Source: Longimicrobiales bacterium (GTDB lineage Bacteria; Gemmatimonadota; Gemmatimonadetes; Longimicrobiales; Gaopeijiaceae). Taken from it: a stretch of 64,000 bases of DNA. Each line of letters begins with the position of its first letter. Position 1 is the stretch's first letter. The notes below the pieces were generated by a model, which saw nothing but the letters and a program-made list of their open reading frames with translations, did not search any database and was not told where the DNA came from. Location: positions 202,515 through 266,514 of the forward strand of contig CBDANQ010000061.1 in NCBI GenBank assembly GCA_965197725.1, in the 5' to 3' direction. A program made the translations under genes and the position numbers. Shown here one piece after another: positions 1 to 10,349 of this stretch.

Positions 1-672
1 TCCCCGATCCGCGGCGGCCGATATCGCTTCTCAGTGGAGCAGACGGCAGGCACCGTGGGGTTCACGACTGTCACCGGGGACTGGCGCCGGTACTTCTCCC
101 CAACGAGGAATCTCACGGTCGCGGTTCGCGCGCTACACTTCGGTCGGTACGGTCTCACGCGTGAAGAGAACGCCACGTCGGTAGGGACGCTTGGGCAGTT
201 TAGCCGACAGAATGTCCGGATCCAGCCTCTGTTCCTCGGTTACGAGACGTTCATCCGTGGCTACGCGTTCGAGAGCTTCGAGGCGACCGAGTGCGGTACG
301 CGGACGGAGGGTTCACCGGCCGGTAGCTCCTGCCCGACGTTCGATCGTTTGTTCGGGCAGCGGCTCGCCGTCGGTAGTTTCGAGCTCCGAATTCCGTTCA
401 TCGGGGTCGAGCAGTTCGGAATCATCAACTTCCCGTTGCTGCCGACCGAGCTCGTGCTCTTCGCCGACGCTGGCTTGGCCTGGGACCCGGACAATCCACC
501 AACGCTCGAGTTCAGTCGCTCTTCGAGCGAGCGTGTGCCGGTCTTCTCGACCGGTATCTCCGCCCGGTTCAACGTGCTCGGTTTCTTGATTCTCGAGCCG
601 TACTACGTGTATCCTTGGCAGAGGCCGGACAAGGGATGGCACTGGGGCTTCAACATCGCCCCGGGCTGGTAG
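1..672 (+). CDS. Omp85/BamA-TamA family outer-membrane protein, C-terminal beta-barrel (5' end outside window)
   Basis: Frame open from base 1; IRGY loop motif, amphipathic strands (ELRIP, LFADAG, STGISARFN) and terminal aromatic residue (..GFNIAPGW). Confidence 0.75.
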   Translation, partial: SPIRGGRYRFSVEQTAGTVGFTTVTGDWRRYFSPTRNLTVAVRALHFGRYGLTREENATSVGTLGQFSRQNVRIQPLFLGYETFIRGYAFESFEATECGTRTEGSPAGSSCPTFDRLFGQRLAVGSFELRIPFIGVEQFGIINFPLLPTELVLFADAGLAWDPDNPPTLEFSRSSSERVPVFSTGISARFNVLGFLILEPYYVYPWQRPDKGWHWGFNIAPGW

Positions 673-699
673 CGCTACAGGAGGCGTTCTCGGACGGAT

Positions 700-1280
700 T
701 CACGCCGGCTCGACGACGAATTCGTGGATCACCTGTCCCGCCTGATTCACGAACTCGACCGTCGCCTGCTCGGGGCGTACGGTGAGGCGGCCGTGTCCTG
801 AATCCGGCCAATACTTCCGGTACCCCGTGACCTCACGGCCGACCTTCCATGGAGCTCCGCAGCTACCCGGGAGCGCATAGTGGATGCCGTCCACGACCTC
901 GTCCAGGAAGACGTGATCGTGCCCGAAGAAGAGGATCTGGACCCCGAACTCGCGCATCATCTCGTGAACCAGGCGCTGTTCACCGACCGTAGCCGCTCTC
1001 GGCCCGCCTCGACCGTACAGCGTCTCGATGGAAGCACTCTGATCCGCTCCGGCCGAGCTCCACTGTGTTGCCACCCGCGACCTGATCTCGAGCCGTGCCG
1101 CGGCGTCCACGGGGCCGCTTCGAACGCTCACCAGAATCGACTCGGTAGTCGGCCTGGCGAGAAGAGGAAGGCGTGAGAGCTGCGGGACGACTTGGCCGCC
1201 GGGTGCGTATCGGGGGAGCCCTAAGGCCGCCGCGCCGGTGAGCCCGCCAAGAACGACCTCCGCGAAAGATCTCCTCCCAC
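700..1280 (-). pseudogene. Tat-exported metallophosphoesterase remnant (frameshifted, apparently internally deleted)
   Basis: GTG at 1280 gives VGGDLSRRSFLAG (twin-arginine motif); frame shifts near 1243 to LTGAAALGLP..LLARPTTESILVSV; C-terminal FGHDH motif present but DxH, GD and GNH motifs absent. Confidence 0.6.
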
Positions 1281-1283
1281 GTC

Positions 1284-3020
1284 TCAGCCCCTACCTCGGA
1301 TGTAGCCTTCCTTCTCCAGGTGCAGAACGATACCGTGCGCAGCCTCCTCTGGGCTGACCTCCGTCGTGTCGATCACGACTTCGGCATCCTCGGGCGCCTC
1401 GTAGGGATCGGATATGCCGGTGAACTCCTTGATGATGCCCGCCCGTGCCTTTGCGTAGAGGCCTTTGCGGTCCCGTTGCTCGCACACGTCGAGCGGCGTG
1501 GCCACGTGGACCAGAATGAAGCCGCCGCCCGACTGGACCGTCGCGCGCACTTCCTGCCGCACCGCCTCGTAGGGCGCGATCGGCGCACATACGGCGATGC
1601 CGCCGTTCTTGGTGATCTCGCTCGCCACGAAGCCGATGCGGCGGATGTTGATGTCTCGGTGCTCCTTGGAGAAGCCCAACTCGCTGGAGAGGTTCTTGCG
1701 CACCAGGTCACCATCCAGGAGCGTGACCGGCCGGCCGCCCATTTCCAGCAGCTTGACCATCAACGCGCTGGCGATCGTGCTCTTGCCTGAACCTGACAGC
1801 CCGGTGAAGAAGACGGTGAAGCCCTGTTGGTGCCGCGACGGGGACGACCTACGCAGCTCCGCTTCTACGTCCGGGAACGTGAACCAGGAGGGCAACTCGA
1901 TGCCGAGTTGGAGCCGGCGCCGTTGCTCCGTGCCGGAGATGTTGATTGTCTCCACGCCCTCGGGCACCTCATCCACCGGGTAGTACGTGTCATGCTCCGG
2001 CGCGTACACCATGAGCTTGAACGGCACCATCGCGATGCCGAGCTCCTCCTCGTGCTTCTGGAGCAACTCCTGGGCGTCGTAGGGACCGTAAAACGGCGTG
2101 TCCTTCGAGTCGCTTCCTGGGCCCGCGTGGTCGCGGCCGACGATCAGGTGCGTGCACCCGTGGTTCCTCCTGATGATCGCGTGCCACACGGCCTCCCTCG
2201 GCCCTCCCATACGCATCGCCAGAGGAAGGAGCGAGAGCATGGCCGTGTTCTTCGGGTACGTCGGCAGGAGCGCCTGATAGCAGCGCACACGCGTGTAGTG
2301 GTCCACGTCGCCGGGCTTCGTCATCCCCACCACAGGGTGGATGAGCAGGCTCGCCTCGACCTCTTTGGCGGCGATGAGCGTCAGCTCCTGGTGCGCCCGG
2401 TGCATGGGGTTGCGCGTCTGGAACGCCACGACCTTCCGCCATCCGAGCTTGGTGAAGCGCGCCCGCATCTCGGCGGGCGTCAGGCGCAGCATCGCGAAGT
2501 CGTAATGGACCGGGGGCTGGAGGCCCTCCACGCGCCCGCCCACATAGACCGGGTGGGAATGTTCGAGCACATACGAGGCGCCCGGATGCTCCTCGATGGC
2601 TGCCCCAGTCGCGCTTCCGAAAATCGCCTCTGCCTCCCGGTGAAGGTCCGGGCTCCAGATGTCCTCAACGTGGATGGCCGCGAGCATTATTCCTTCGGGA
2701 TCCCGCAGCGCGAGCGTGTCCCCCTCTTGGAGCGTCTCCGCCAACTCCTCCGTCACGTCGAGCGTAATCGGAATGGGCCAAAGCGTGCCGTCCGCGAGAC
2801 GCATTCGCTCGAGGACCCGGTCGTAGCTCGCGCGGTCCATGAAGCCCACAAGAGGCGAGAAGGCCCCGTTCAGCAGGAGCTCGAGGTCGCAGATCTGGCG
2901 CTCGGTGAGGTCCCAGGACGGCCAATCCCGCGAAGCCTCCTTCAGCTTTTGGGCGCGGGCGTCGGACGCGATGAGGTTGCGCAGCACACCACCGTGAGGC
3001 GTGATGAGATGATCTGGCAT
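1284..3020 (-). CDS. sat/cysC: Bifunctional sulfate adenylyltransferase / adenylylsulfate kinase
   Basis: QTRNPMHRAH and VGRDHAG ATP-sulfurylase motifs; C-terminal APS kinase with GLSGSGKST, LDGD and KGLY. Confidence 0.95.
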   Translation of the reverse strand: MPDHLITPHGGVLRNLIASDARAQKLKEASRDWPSWDLTERQICDLELLLNGAFSPLVGFMDRASYDRVLERMRLADGTLWPIPITLDVTEELAETLQEGDTLALRDPEGIMLAAIHVEDIWSPDLHREAEAIFGSATGAAIEEHPGASYVLEHSHPVYVGGRVEGLQPPVHYDFAMLRLTPAEMRARFTKLGWRKVVAFQTRNPMHRAHQELTLIAAKEVEASLLIHPVVGMTKPGDVDHYTRVRCYQALLPTYPKNTAMLSLLPLAMRMGGPREAVWHAIIRRNHGCTHLIVGRDHAGPGSDSKDTPFYGPYDAQELLQKHEEELGIAMVPFKLMVYAPEHDTYYPVDEVPEGVETINISGTEQRRRLQLGIELPSWFTFPDVEAELRRSSPSRHQQGFTVFFTGLSGSGKSTIASALMVKLLEMGGRPVTLLDGDLVRKNLSSELGFSKEHRDINIRRIGFVASEITKNGGIAVCAPIAPYEAVRQEVRATVQSGGGFILVHVATPLDVCEQRDRKGLYAKARAGIIKEFTGISDPYEAPEDAEVVIDTTEVSPEEAAHGIVLHLEKEGYIRGRG

Positions 3021-3159
3021 CGCATGTCGAGGGGTGGGGTGAACGCGGAGGGAAATGGAGCGGGGAAACTAGCGAAAACGCGGAGCTGGAGGCCAGAGGG
3101 TACGCGAAGTCCTTGATGCGAGGGCCGACCCGAGGACTCGCGCTGGAAGGGAACCTCCT

Positions 3160-3197
3160 CCCTCCGGCCGGAGGGGCCGGTCACCCCCTCCGGCCGG
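3160..3197. repeat. GC-rich inverted repeat upstream of sat/cysC
   Basis: CCGGCCGGAGGGG (3164-3176) pairs with CCCCTCCGGCCGG (3185-3197); overlapping perfect palindrome CCCTCCGGCCGGAGGG at 3160-3175. Confidence 0.6.
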
Positions 3198-3211
3198 CGA
3201 GCCGAAAGACG

Positions 3212-3421
3212 CTAGCGGGAATCCACGGGGATCATCAGATGCGCGTACGGAGTCTCGGGCCACATCACCCACGGGCCGCCATTGAGATGATCGGTTGAGA
3301 CGCCCTCCAGATCGGACCGGTCGGGAACCAGCATCATCAGGTGCGCGGCGAGGTCGGTCTGGGCTTGGTCTGATCTATGTACGCGTCGAGGAAATTGAGC
3401 CAGGGTCCGTTCACGCACCAC
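3212..3421 (-). pseudogene. C-terminal fragment of a conserved hypothetical protein
   Basis: HLMMLVPD..LEGVSTDHLNGGPWVMWPETPYAHLMIP resembles the C-terminus of a longer uncharacterised family (from memory); no room for an N-terminal part. Confidence 0.45.
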
Positions 3422-3468
3422 GGATCATTGCCCTCCGTGTCCGGACGATCGGGCGAGGACAGCCCACC

Positions 3469-4428
3469 CTAGAAGAGCGAAATATTGATGTACTTCTTCG
3501 GGTTGTCCCGGAAGTCCTGAAGCAGGCTCAAGAACTGTTCGCTCGCGTTGGTGAGGCTCGCGTACAGGGCGTCGTCGTTCACCAACATGCCCAGCGTTCC
3601 CTGACCACCGTCGATCTTGTCGAGCACGGACCGGAGCGTCGTGATCGTGCCGTCGAGCGTGGCGCTGGTCTCGTTGAGGGTCAACATGACGGAGTCGGCG
3701 CGGGCGATCGCCCTGGTTACGTCGGGACCGGCGGCAACGGCCCCCTCGATGCCCTCGGCGGACGCCTGCAACGTCTCGATGAGCGTACTCAAGGCCCCGC
3801 GCTGTTCGCGCACGATGCCCGACAGATCGGTCAGCAGGCCCTCGAACTCGCTCGCGCTCCCCTGCACCGACCCGATGGCCTCGTCGCTGAGAAACGACTC
3901 CATCTGAGTCAGAACCGTAGCGGCCTGACCGCTCAAGTCGTCCATCGACCCGAGCATGCCCCCTGCTCTTCCACCCACTCCGGGAATGGTATCGCCCTCC
4001 ACGTGGAACGTCGTCTGCAAGGTGGGAACCACTTCGACCGTCCGGCCACCGAACATGCCCGCCGCGCCGAGGCGCGTACTCGAGCCATGAGGGACCGCCC
4101 ATCCCCTCTCGATCTCGAGCGCGATCGTCACGAGACCATCGGCGCCCATCCCGAAGGCATCGATTTGACCAATGTTGACGCCACGCATCTGGATCGGGTC
4201 GCCGGGCCGCACCCCACCGGCATCATCAACCACGGTGTACAGTATGTGGCGCCCCCGAAGCATCGCGGGAGACGTCAGCATGAACAGTACCACGACGAAC
4301 GAGAGCAGGCCGAAGATCACGAAGATGCCCAGCCGGGCCTCGCGACCGCGCGTGACATGAGGTACGTGGTCGGCGAGCTCTTTGTCGGACGGCGGCCGCC
4401 GTCTCGAACCTTGAGGCGCGTCAGTCAT
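3469..4428 (-). CDS. mlaD: MlaD/MCE family protein
   Basis: N-terminal TM helix, MCE domain (DAGGVRPGDPIQMRGVNIG), coiled-coil tail, GTLGMLVND..NPKKY; ATG 4428 overlaps mlaF stop. Confidence 0.88.
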   Translation of the reverse strand: MTDAPQGSRRRPPSDKELADHVPHVTRGREARLGIFVIFGLLSFVVVLFMLTSPAMLRGRHILYTVVDDAGGVRPGDPIQMRGVNIGQIDAFGMGADGLVTIALEIERGWAVPHGSSTRLGAAGMFGGRTVEVVPTLQTTFHVEGDTIPGVGGRAGGMLGSMDDLSGQAATVLTQMESFLSDEAIGSVQGSASEFEGLLTDLSGIVREQRGALSTLIETLQASAEGIEGAVAAGPDVTRAIARADSVMLTLNETSATLDGTITTLRSVLDKIDGGQGTLGMLVNDDALYASLTNASEQFLSLLQDFRDNPKKYINISLF

Positions 4429-5194
4429 AAGACTCCGAAACCATGTCGAGCGCGGCCTCGGCGGCCGCGCGGTCCACGAACGCCTGGACCACCGGGTCTT
4501 GGCAAGCCCGGAATTCGTCTGGCGTTCCACAGAAACGAATGGTGCCGCTGTCGAGCATGGCAACCCGGTCACAAATCATTAGTCCGCCTTCGACGTCGTG
4601 AGTCACGAGTAGGGACGTCACTTCGAGTTCCCTAGACAGCCGCTGGATGAGCCGCTCGACCGCCGCTGTGTTGATCGGGTCGAGCCCTGTCGTGGGTTCG
4701 TCCCACAGCAGAACCTCCGGGCGCCCGATGATCGCCCGGGCAATGCCGACACGCTTCTTCATGCCGCCGGAGAGCTCCGAGGGAATCTTCGAGAGGATCT
4801 CCCGCGGTTCCAAATTCACCAGATCGAGCGCCTCCCAGACCTTTGCCGCCGTCTCTTTGCGCGGCGAGCGCGCAAGTACGTCCTCCGGAAGTCCCATTCC
4901 TACGTTGTCGAAGACGTTGAGCGAGTCGAAAAGGGCCGACTGCTGAAAGACGTAGCCGACTTTCTTGCGAACGAGGTCTACGGCCCGGCGCCCCCCCCGG
5001 AACACCGATACTCCGCAGACCTCGACGTCCCCGATGTCGGGGATGATGAGGCCGATGGTCGCCTTGAGCAGCACGCTCTTGCCGGTACCCGAGGGTCCGA
5101 AGAGCGCAAACATCTCTCCGGTCTCTACACGCATGTCGACCCCCGTGAGCACCGGCAGGTCGAACCCCTTGTGGATATTTCGATACTCGATCAC
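4421..5194 (-). CDS. mlaF: MlaF-type ABC transporter ATP-binding protein
   Basis: Walker A GPSGTGKS, LSGGMKKR signature, DEPTTGLDP; between MlaE and MlaD genes. Confidence 0.9.
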   Translation of the reverse strand: MIEYRNIHKGFDLPVLTGVDMRVETGEMFALFGPSGTGKSVLLKATIGLIIPDIGDVEVCGVSVFRGGRRAVDLVRKKVGYVFQQSALFDSLNVFDNVGMGLPEDVLARSPRKETAAKVWEALDLVNLEPREILSKIPSELSGGMKKRVGIARAIIGRPEVLLWDEPTTGLDPINTAAVERLIQRLSRELEVTSLLVTHDVEGGLMICDRVAMLDSGTIRFCGTPDEFRACQDPVVQAFVDRAAAEAALDMVSESYD

Positions 5195-5220
5195 GTCGCG
5201 CGCCTCTTCAGGTTCTGCAC

Positions 5221-6036
5221 TCAGTTCAACATGAGCGGCGGGAAGAGCGCGTCGAGAATCAGAATCGTGAGCGTCATGAACATCACGGCCTGCGTGGTCG
5301 TGATACCGACGCCCTCCGCCCCACCCTTGGTCTTCAGACCCATGTGAACCGAGATGAGGGGGATAGAGAGCCCGAAAACCACCGCCTTCGTCAACGAGTA
5401 GAGGAGGTCCCAGCTGTGCCAGAAGAGGCGCGCCCCGTAGAAGAACGACTCCGCACCGAGCCCGACGGTCAGATCGGCCGACACGAGGCCCGCGAGGATC
5501 CCGATCAAGTCCGCGATGCCGACGAGCATGGGCAATACGAGCACTCCGGCTATGACCCGGGGCGCGGCGAGAATCGCGACCGGGTCCCGGCCCAACGATT
5601 TGAACGCGTCAATCTGCTCGGAGACGACCATCGTGCCGAGCTCGGCCGTGATGCGAGCGCCGATTCGGCCCACGAGCACGAGAGCGGTCAGCACAGGACC
5701 CATCTCTAGCACGACCGTTTCCACGACCAAGCTGCCCAAGACGTAGCTGGGCATGGCGCTCGTCATCTGATACCCGCCCTGCTGACTCGTCACGATACCG
5801 GCGAGCGATCCCGTGACGATCACGATGGGTAGAGACTGGATCCCCATGATGTACATCTGATTGAGGATCGAGCGGATGGAGACCTTGAGCCGCACCGTGA
5901 CGTGTACGATCTGCCACGAGAGAATGCCCAACCCGCCTGCGTGCTCGAGCGTGAGACGCGTCGTACGCCATACGCCCACGAACCACTGGACGATCGGGTT
6001 GGGGAGTGGGAGAGCCCCGAGAGATTGGTGGTTCAC
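5221..6036 (-). CDS. mlaE: MlaE-type ABC permease (start uncertain)
   Basis: EMGPVLTALVLVGRIGARITAELGTM..EQIDA and GGAEGVG motifs. Confidence 0.88.
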   Translation of the reverse strand: MNHQSLGALPLPNPIVQWFVGVWRTTRLTLEHAGGLGILSWQIVHVTVRLKVSIRSILNQMYIMGIQSLPIVIVTGSLAGIVTSQQGGYQMTSAMPSYVLGSLVVETVVLEMGPVLTALVLVGRIGARITAELGTMVVSEQIDAFKSLGRDPVAILAAPRVIAGVLVLPMLVGIADLIGILAGLVSADLTVGLGAESFFYGARLFWHSWDLLYSLTKAVVFGLSIPLISVHMGLKTKGGAEGVGITTTQAVMFMTLTILILDALFPPLMLN

Positions 6037-6287
6037 CGTCGATGGTGCTCCGGCGTGAACGAGCCCGTCGAGACGACGGTCGGTCGCAGGGAAAGTGGGC
6101 CGAACCTTCGATGAAAGCAGTACGCAAATCAAGCAGGTTCAGTTCCGTTCTGGCCCGATTCCTGCGGTTTTCCGTGACGAGGCCGGGGTGGAGCAACGCT
6201 CGACCGGCTTTCGGTAGCTATCTTCCCCACGGCCGGTTTTATGGCCACACTGGCTGCGGACACGACAGCTCATGGAGCGTGGGCCCG

Positions 6288-7583
6288 ATGACGGCATTCG
6301 GACAAAAGACCTTTCTCATACTCGCTGGAGCCCTTCTCGGCGTTCCAACCGCGGGCGACGCCCAAGAGGCGGACTACCAGGACGAGCTGGCCGCGCTGGC
6401 TGCGAGTCCCGCGGTGGTCCGTGCCCTGCGCCTGGTGGAGGAGCGGGACGCGCGCACGATGGCAGACCTGCTCGAACTCACCGAGATTCCGGCGCCGTCC
6501 TTCAAGGAACAGGCCCGTGGAGCTCGCTTCTTGCAGATGTTGATCGATCTGGGCGTCGACTCTGCTTGGATCGACACGGAGGGCAACGTGCTCGGTTTAC
6601 GGCGCGGAACAGGATCGGACGAGGTCATCGCGGTTGCGGGGCACCTCGACACCGTCTTCCCAGAGGGGACCGACGTCACCGTGCGTCAGCGAGGCGATAC
6701 GCTGTTCGCTCCGGGTATCGCGGACGATACTCGTGGCCTCGTCACCGTGCTCGCGCTGCTGCGGGTGCTCAACGAGTCCGACATTCAGACGAACGCCAAC
6801 CTGCTCTTCATCGCAACGGTGGGGGAGGAAGGCCTCGGCGATCTGCGTGGCGTGAAGCATCTGTTCCGGGACGGCGGCCCGCGGATCGATTCGTTCATGT
6901 CGATCGACGGCGCGGGGCACGAGCGCATCACGCACAAGGGGCTCGGCTCCCACCGATACCGCGTCACCGTTCGTGGACCGGGCGGCCACTCCTGGGGCGA
7001 TTTCGGAGCCCCGAATCCTGCCCACGCACTCGGACGTGCGATCGACTACCTCGACCTGGCTGCCGACGCGATCACGAGGTCTGGTCCCGCTACGAGCTAC
7101 AACGTCGGGCGTCTTGGCGGCGGCACCTCCGTAAACTCCATTCCGTTCGAGGCGTGGATGGAAGTCGACATGCGGTCCGAAAGCCCCGAGAGCCTCACGA
7201 GAATCGATGAGGTCTTCCAGCGGGCGATGAACAGGGCGGTCGACGAAGCGAACGCACAGCGCCGGGATGGCGACGAGCTCACGCTCGACCTCGAGTTGAT
7301 CGGGGACCGGCCCTCGGGTGAGATCGCCGAGTCCGATCCGCTCGTCCAGCGAGCGATCGCGGCGAGCCTCATGCTGGGTATCGAACCCAGCCTCAACCGG
7401 AGCTCGACCGACGCCAACATCCCGATTTCGCTCGGCATCCCGTCGATCACGATCGGCGGTGGTGGTGAGGCCAGCGCGGTGCACGCGCCGGGAGAGTGGT
7501 TCCTCAACCGGAACGGTACCCTGGGCATCAAGCGCGCGCTGCTGATTATGCTCGCCCAGGCCCGTACCTTGATCGCGAGCTGA
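6288..7583 (+). CDS. M20/M25/M40 family metallo-hydrolase, secreted
   Basis: Signal peptide; GHLDTV, ADD, GEEGLG and C-terminal H (VHAPGE) metal ligands; GGHSW dimerisation region. Confidence 0.88.
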   Translation: MTAFGQKTFLILAGALLGVPTAGDAQEADYQDELAALAASPAVVRALRLVEERDARTMADLLELTEIPAPSFKEQARGARFLQMLIDLGVDSAWIDTEGNVLGLRRGTGSDEVIAVAGHLDTVFPEGTDVTVRQRGDTLFAPGIADDTRGLVTVLALLRVLNESDIQTNANLLFIATVGEEGLGDLRGVKHLFRDGGPRIDSFMSIDGAGHERITHKGLGSHRYRVTVRGPGGHSWGDFGAPNPAHALGRAIDYLDLAADAITRSGPATSYNVGRLGGGTSVNSIPFEAWMEVDMRSESPESLTRIDEVFQRAMNRAVDEANAQRRDGDELTLDLELIGDRPSGEIAESDPLVQRAIAASLMLGIEPSLNRSSTDANIPISLGIPSITIGGGGEASAVHAPGEWFLNRNGTLGIKRALLIMLAQARTLIAS

Positions 7584-7593
7584 TAGTTGCTGC

Positions 7594-10297
7594 CTAGGGA
7601 CGGCTGTCCGCCGCCCCGTAGTAAATCCCGTTGAAGAGGAAGCCAAACGTCCCGTGCGGCTGTGCCCGGAAGGTGATGCTCGGGCCGAAGATGAAGAGCT
7701 TACCCTGACCGTAGTCGGCCTCGATCGCGCCGACACCGTCTTGCAGGTACCGCTCACCCCACGCCCACCCGCTTTTGAGCGGGCTCTCCGTGTCGTACCA
7801 CCCGATGCGGCGCACACCCTGCGCTTCCGCACCTGCCATCAGCGCGAATGTTGGGCTATGGCTGAAGAGTACATTCACGCGTTCGCCGAAGCCGTGCGTG
7901 AGCGGGCTCCCATGGTCGACTTTCATATCCAGGACCGAGCCGGGCGTGAAGTACTGCTCGCGCGTGAGTGGGCTTCCGTTCTCGATGAGGTGGTTGCTCA
8001 CCGGGCAAGCCGGCGTGCCGCGCGAGGCTGGCCGAGGAGCCGATCGTGATCGCCGCACCCCCGTTTCGCACGTAGTCCAGAATCCGCGGCACCGTGCCGT
8101 CGACCGAGACGTTCCCCATGCGGCCGCGGTACTCTTCGGGAATCGTACTCGGATCAGGGCCGGGACCGCGCCCGTCGCGACCGTCCTCTTCGGCTGGGAT
8201 GGCTCCGTCCTCGAACACGAGCACGTCGTACTGGGAGAGGTCGGCATTGTCCAGGTCCGGCGGATACAACACGTCGAAGTCGAACTCGAAGTCCTCGAGG
8301 ATCATGCGTGTCCACCCCGACGGCATCGACCCTCCGTATTGATCCCACAGTCCGATCTTCACCGGCTCGAGCTCCATCGTGTTCCCGGCGGGGCGGTCGG
8401 CCACACCGACGAAGCTGAGCCCCTTCTCTACCGCTAGCGACTCTACGGTGGCGTGATCGGTCTCGAGGTAGAACGCGCCGGCGCTGAAGCTCCGCCCGCC
8501 CACATCAAGCTCGTCCGTATACCAATGCGCGCTGCCGCCCGCCGCGAGCACTCGATTCACCGCGGTGAAGGCGTCGTTGATGTGGTCCACCACGTAGCCG
8601 CGAGCGTTGGCGGCTCCGGCCACCATGCCGGCCGCGGGAGCCGAGATGATGTCGTCGATGAGGTCGAAGGGGCCGTCGAAGCCCTCCATGATGCGATCGA
8701 ACTCGACGCCCATCTGCCAGGCCAGCGTCCAACCGGTGTTGTCGTACGGCGCGGTCGGCGGCGCGCCCGGGTAGGCGAAGTCGTTCGGATGCTGCTGCTT
8801 CTCGAACATGTCGAGCACGTGCGGCCGGAACGCCTGAGCGCCCTTCACCACGTAGGATCCCTGCGCGTACCGAGTGCCGGTGACCGTGAAATCCGCGCTC
8901 GCTCGGTGCACGTCCACGCCGTTGTAGAGCAGCGCGTTGACGAATTTCGTCGCGGTCAGGAAGTCACGCTGATCCGACGGAATGATGAAGCCACGCGGGT
9001 CGCGATCCGCCGGATCGTGCAGGACCCGCTCCCAATCCGCCCGAGTGCCCTCCTCAATCACTTCAGCGGCGTCGTCGATCTCGAAGGGAAACGTAGTCCA
9101 CGAGTCGGTGTTTCCGCGCTCGATGGCGTTGGTGCCCATCTGCCAGATGTTGAACAGCAGGTGGTCCGAGTTCCGCGACGCGAAGTCCAGAACCGCCCAG
9201 TTTGCGGTCTGCGAGTACTCGATCGACTGGCGAAAATGCCACGGACCGGGCTCTACGGGCAGAGGGAGATCCGCCCTCGGCATCTGTTGCCTGGGGAGGA
9301 ACTGAATCTCGATCGGGGTCGGGTGGCCCTTCGTTTCGGTGAGCAGACCGATCATGTTCTTGAAGTACGGCGTGGTGCGCAGGCCACCGTTCCACCACGT
9401 GGAGTAGCTTGCGCCGGAACGCATCGTGGTGCCGCCCTTGCCCTCGCGTACGAAGCGCTGGTGCATCGCCGAGCCGACCTGGTCGAGCCCCGTGATGATG
9501 AGCGGGTCGAGGTAGTGGTTCGGAGGATCTCGGAAGGGCGGCGCGAACATTATCGTGCCGTCCGGGCCCGTCTGGTGGTGGTTGTACACGATCTGCGGGT
9601 ACCAGACGCGATAAATCGACGTGTTGATGTTCTGTGACTCGGCCAGCGCGGCCATATAGAAATCGCGGTTGTTGTCGTGCCCGGCGTACTTGTTGTAGAG
9701 CACCGGCACCGCCCGTGTGCTGCGTGCCATCGGGTCGTCTTGCCGCATATACCAATTCGCGACGAGCGCGTGGCCGTCGGGGTTCGCGTGCGTCGCAAGA
9801 AGGATGACCTTGTCGAGGATGCGCATCGTCTCGGCATCGGTGTAGTCGCTCAGCCGATACACGAGCTCCATGAGCTGCTGGGCCCCGAGCACCTCGGTGG
9901 CATGCAGACCGCCGTCGATCCAGACCGTCGCCTTCCCCTCCAAGGCCATGGCGCGCGCCTGAGCCTCGCTGACTCCTTCAGCTTTTGCCATCGCGCGCGC
10001 GATCTCGCGATAGCGGTCGATGCGCGCATGGTTCTCGGGAGAGGTGATGATCGCCTGTAGATGCGGCCGACCCTCCTCGGTATAGCCGATGGTGTCCAGG
10101 ATCATCCGGTCGGACTCGCCGGCCAGCTTGATCCAGTACGCGTGTAGGGCTTCGTAGTTGGGCAGCATGTAGTCTGCGCCGATCTCGTGCCCAAACTGCT
10201 CTTCCGGCGTCGTAACCCGGTACTGGGCCCAGGCGGGCATCGCGAAGAGAAGACCTGCGACCGTCAGGAGCGCAGACCGGAATAAGCGCTTCGTCAT
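7594..10297 (-). CDS. M14 family zinc carboxypeptidase, secreted (one frameshift near 8000)
   Basis: Signal peptide, GLHATE (HxxE), DNNRD and NHHQ; C-terminus (VSNHLIENG..FRAQPHGTF) continues in ORF 7594..8247. Confidence 0.85.
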
Positions 10298-10349
10298 GCT
10301 TCGTTCCTCTCCCATCTTGTTGGGCGACTCAAGGGGTTTGAGCAGTCAA

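Noticed and set aside
3021..3200. SAM riboswitch upstream of sat/cysC
   Set aside because: Conserved SAM-I core motifs not seen; only GC-rich hairpins
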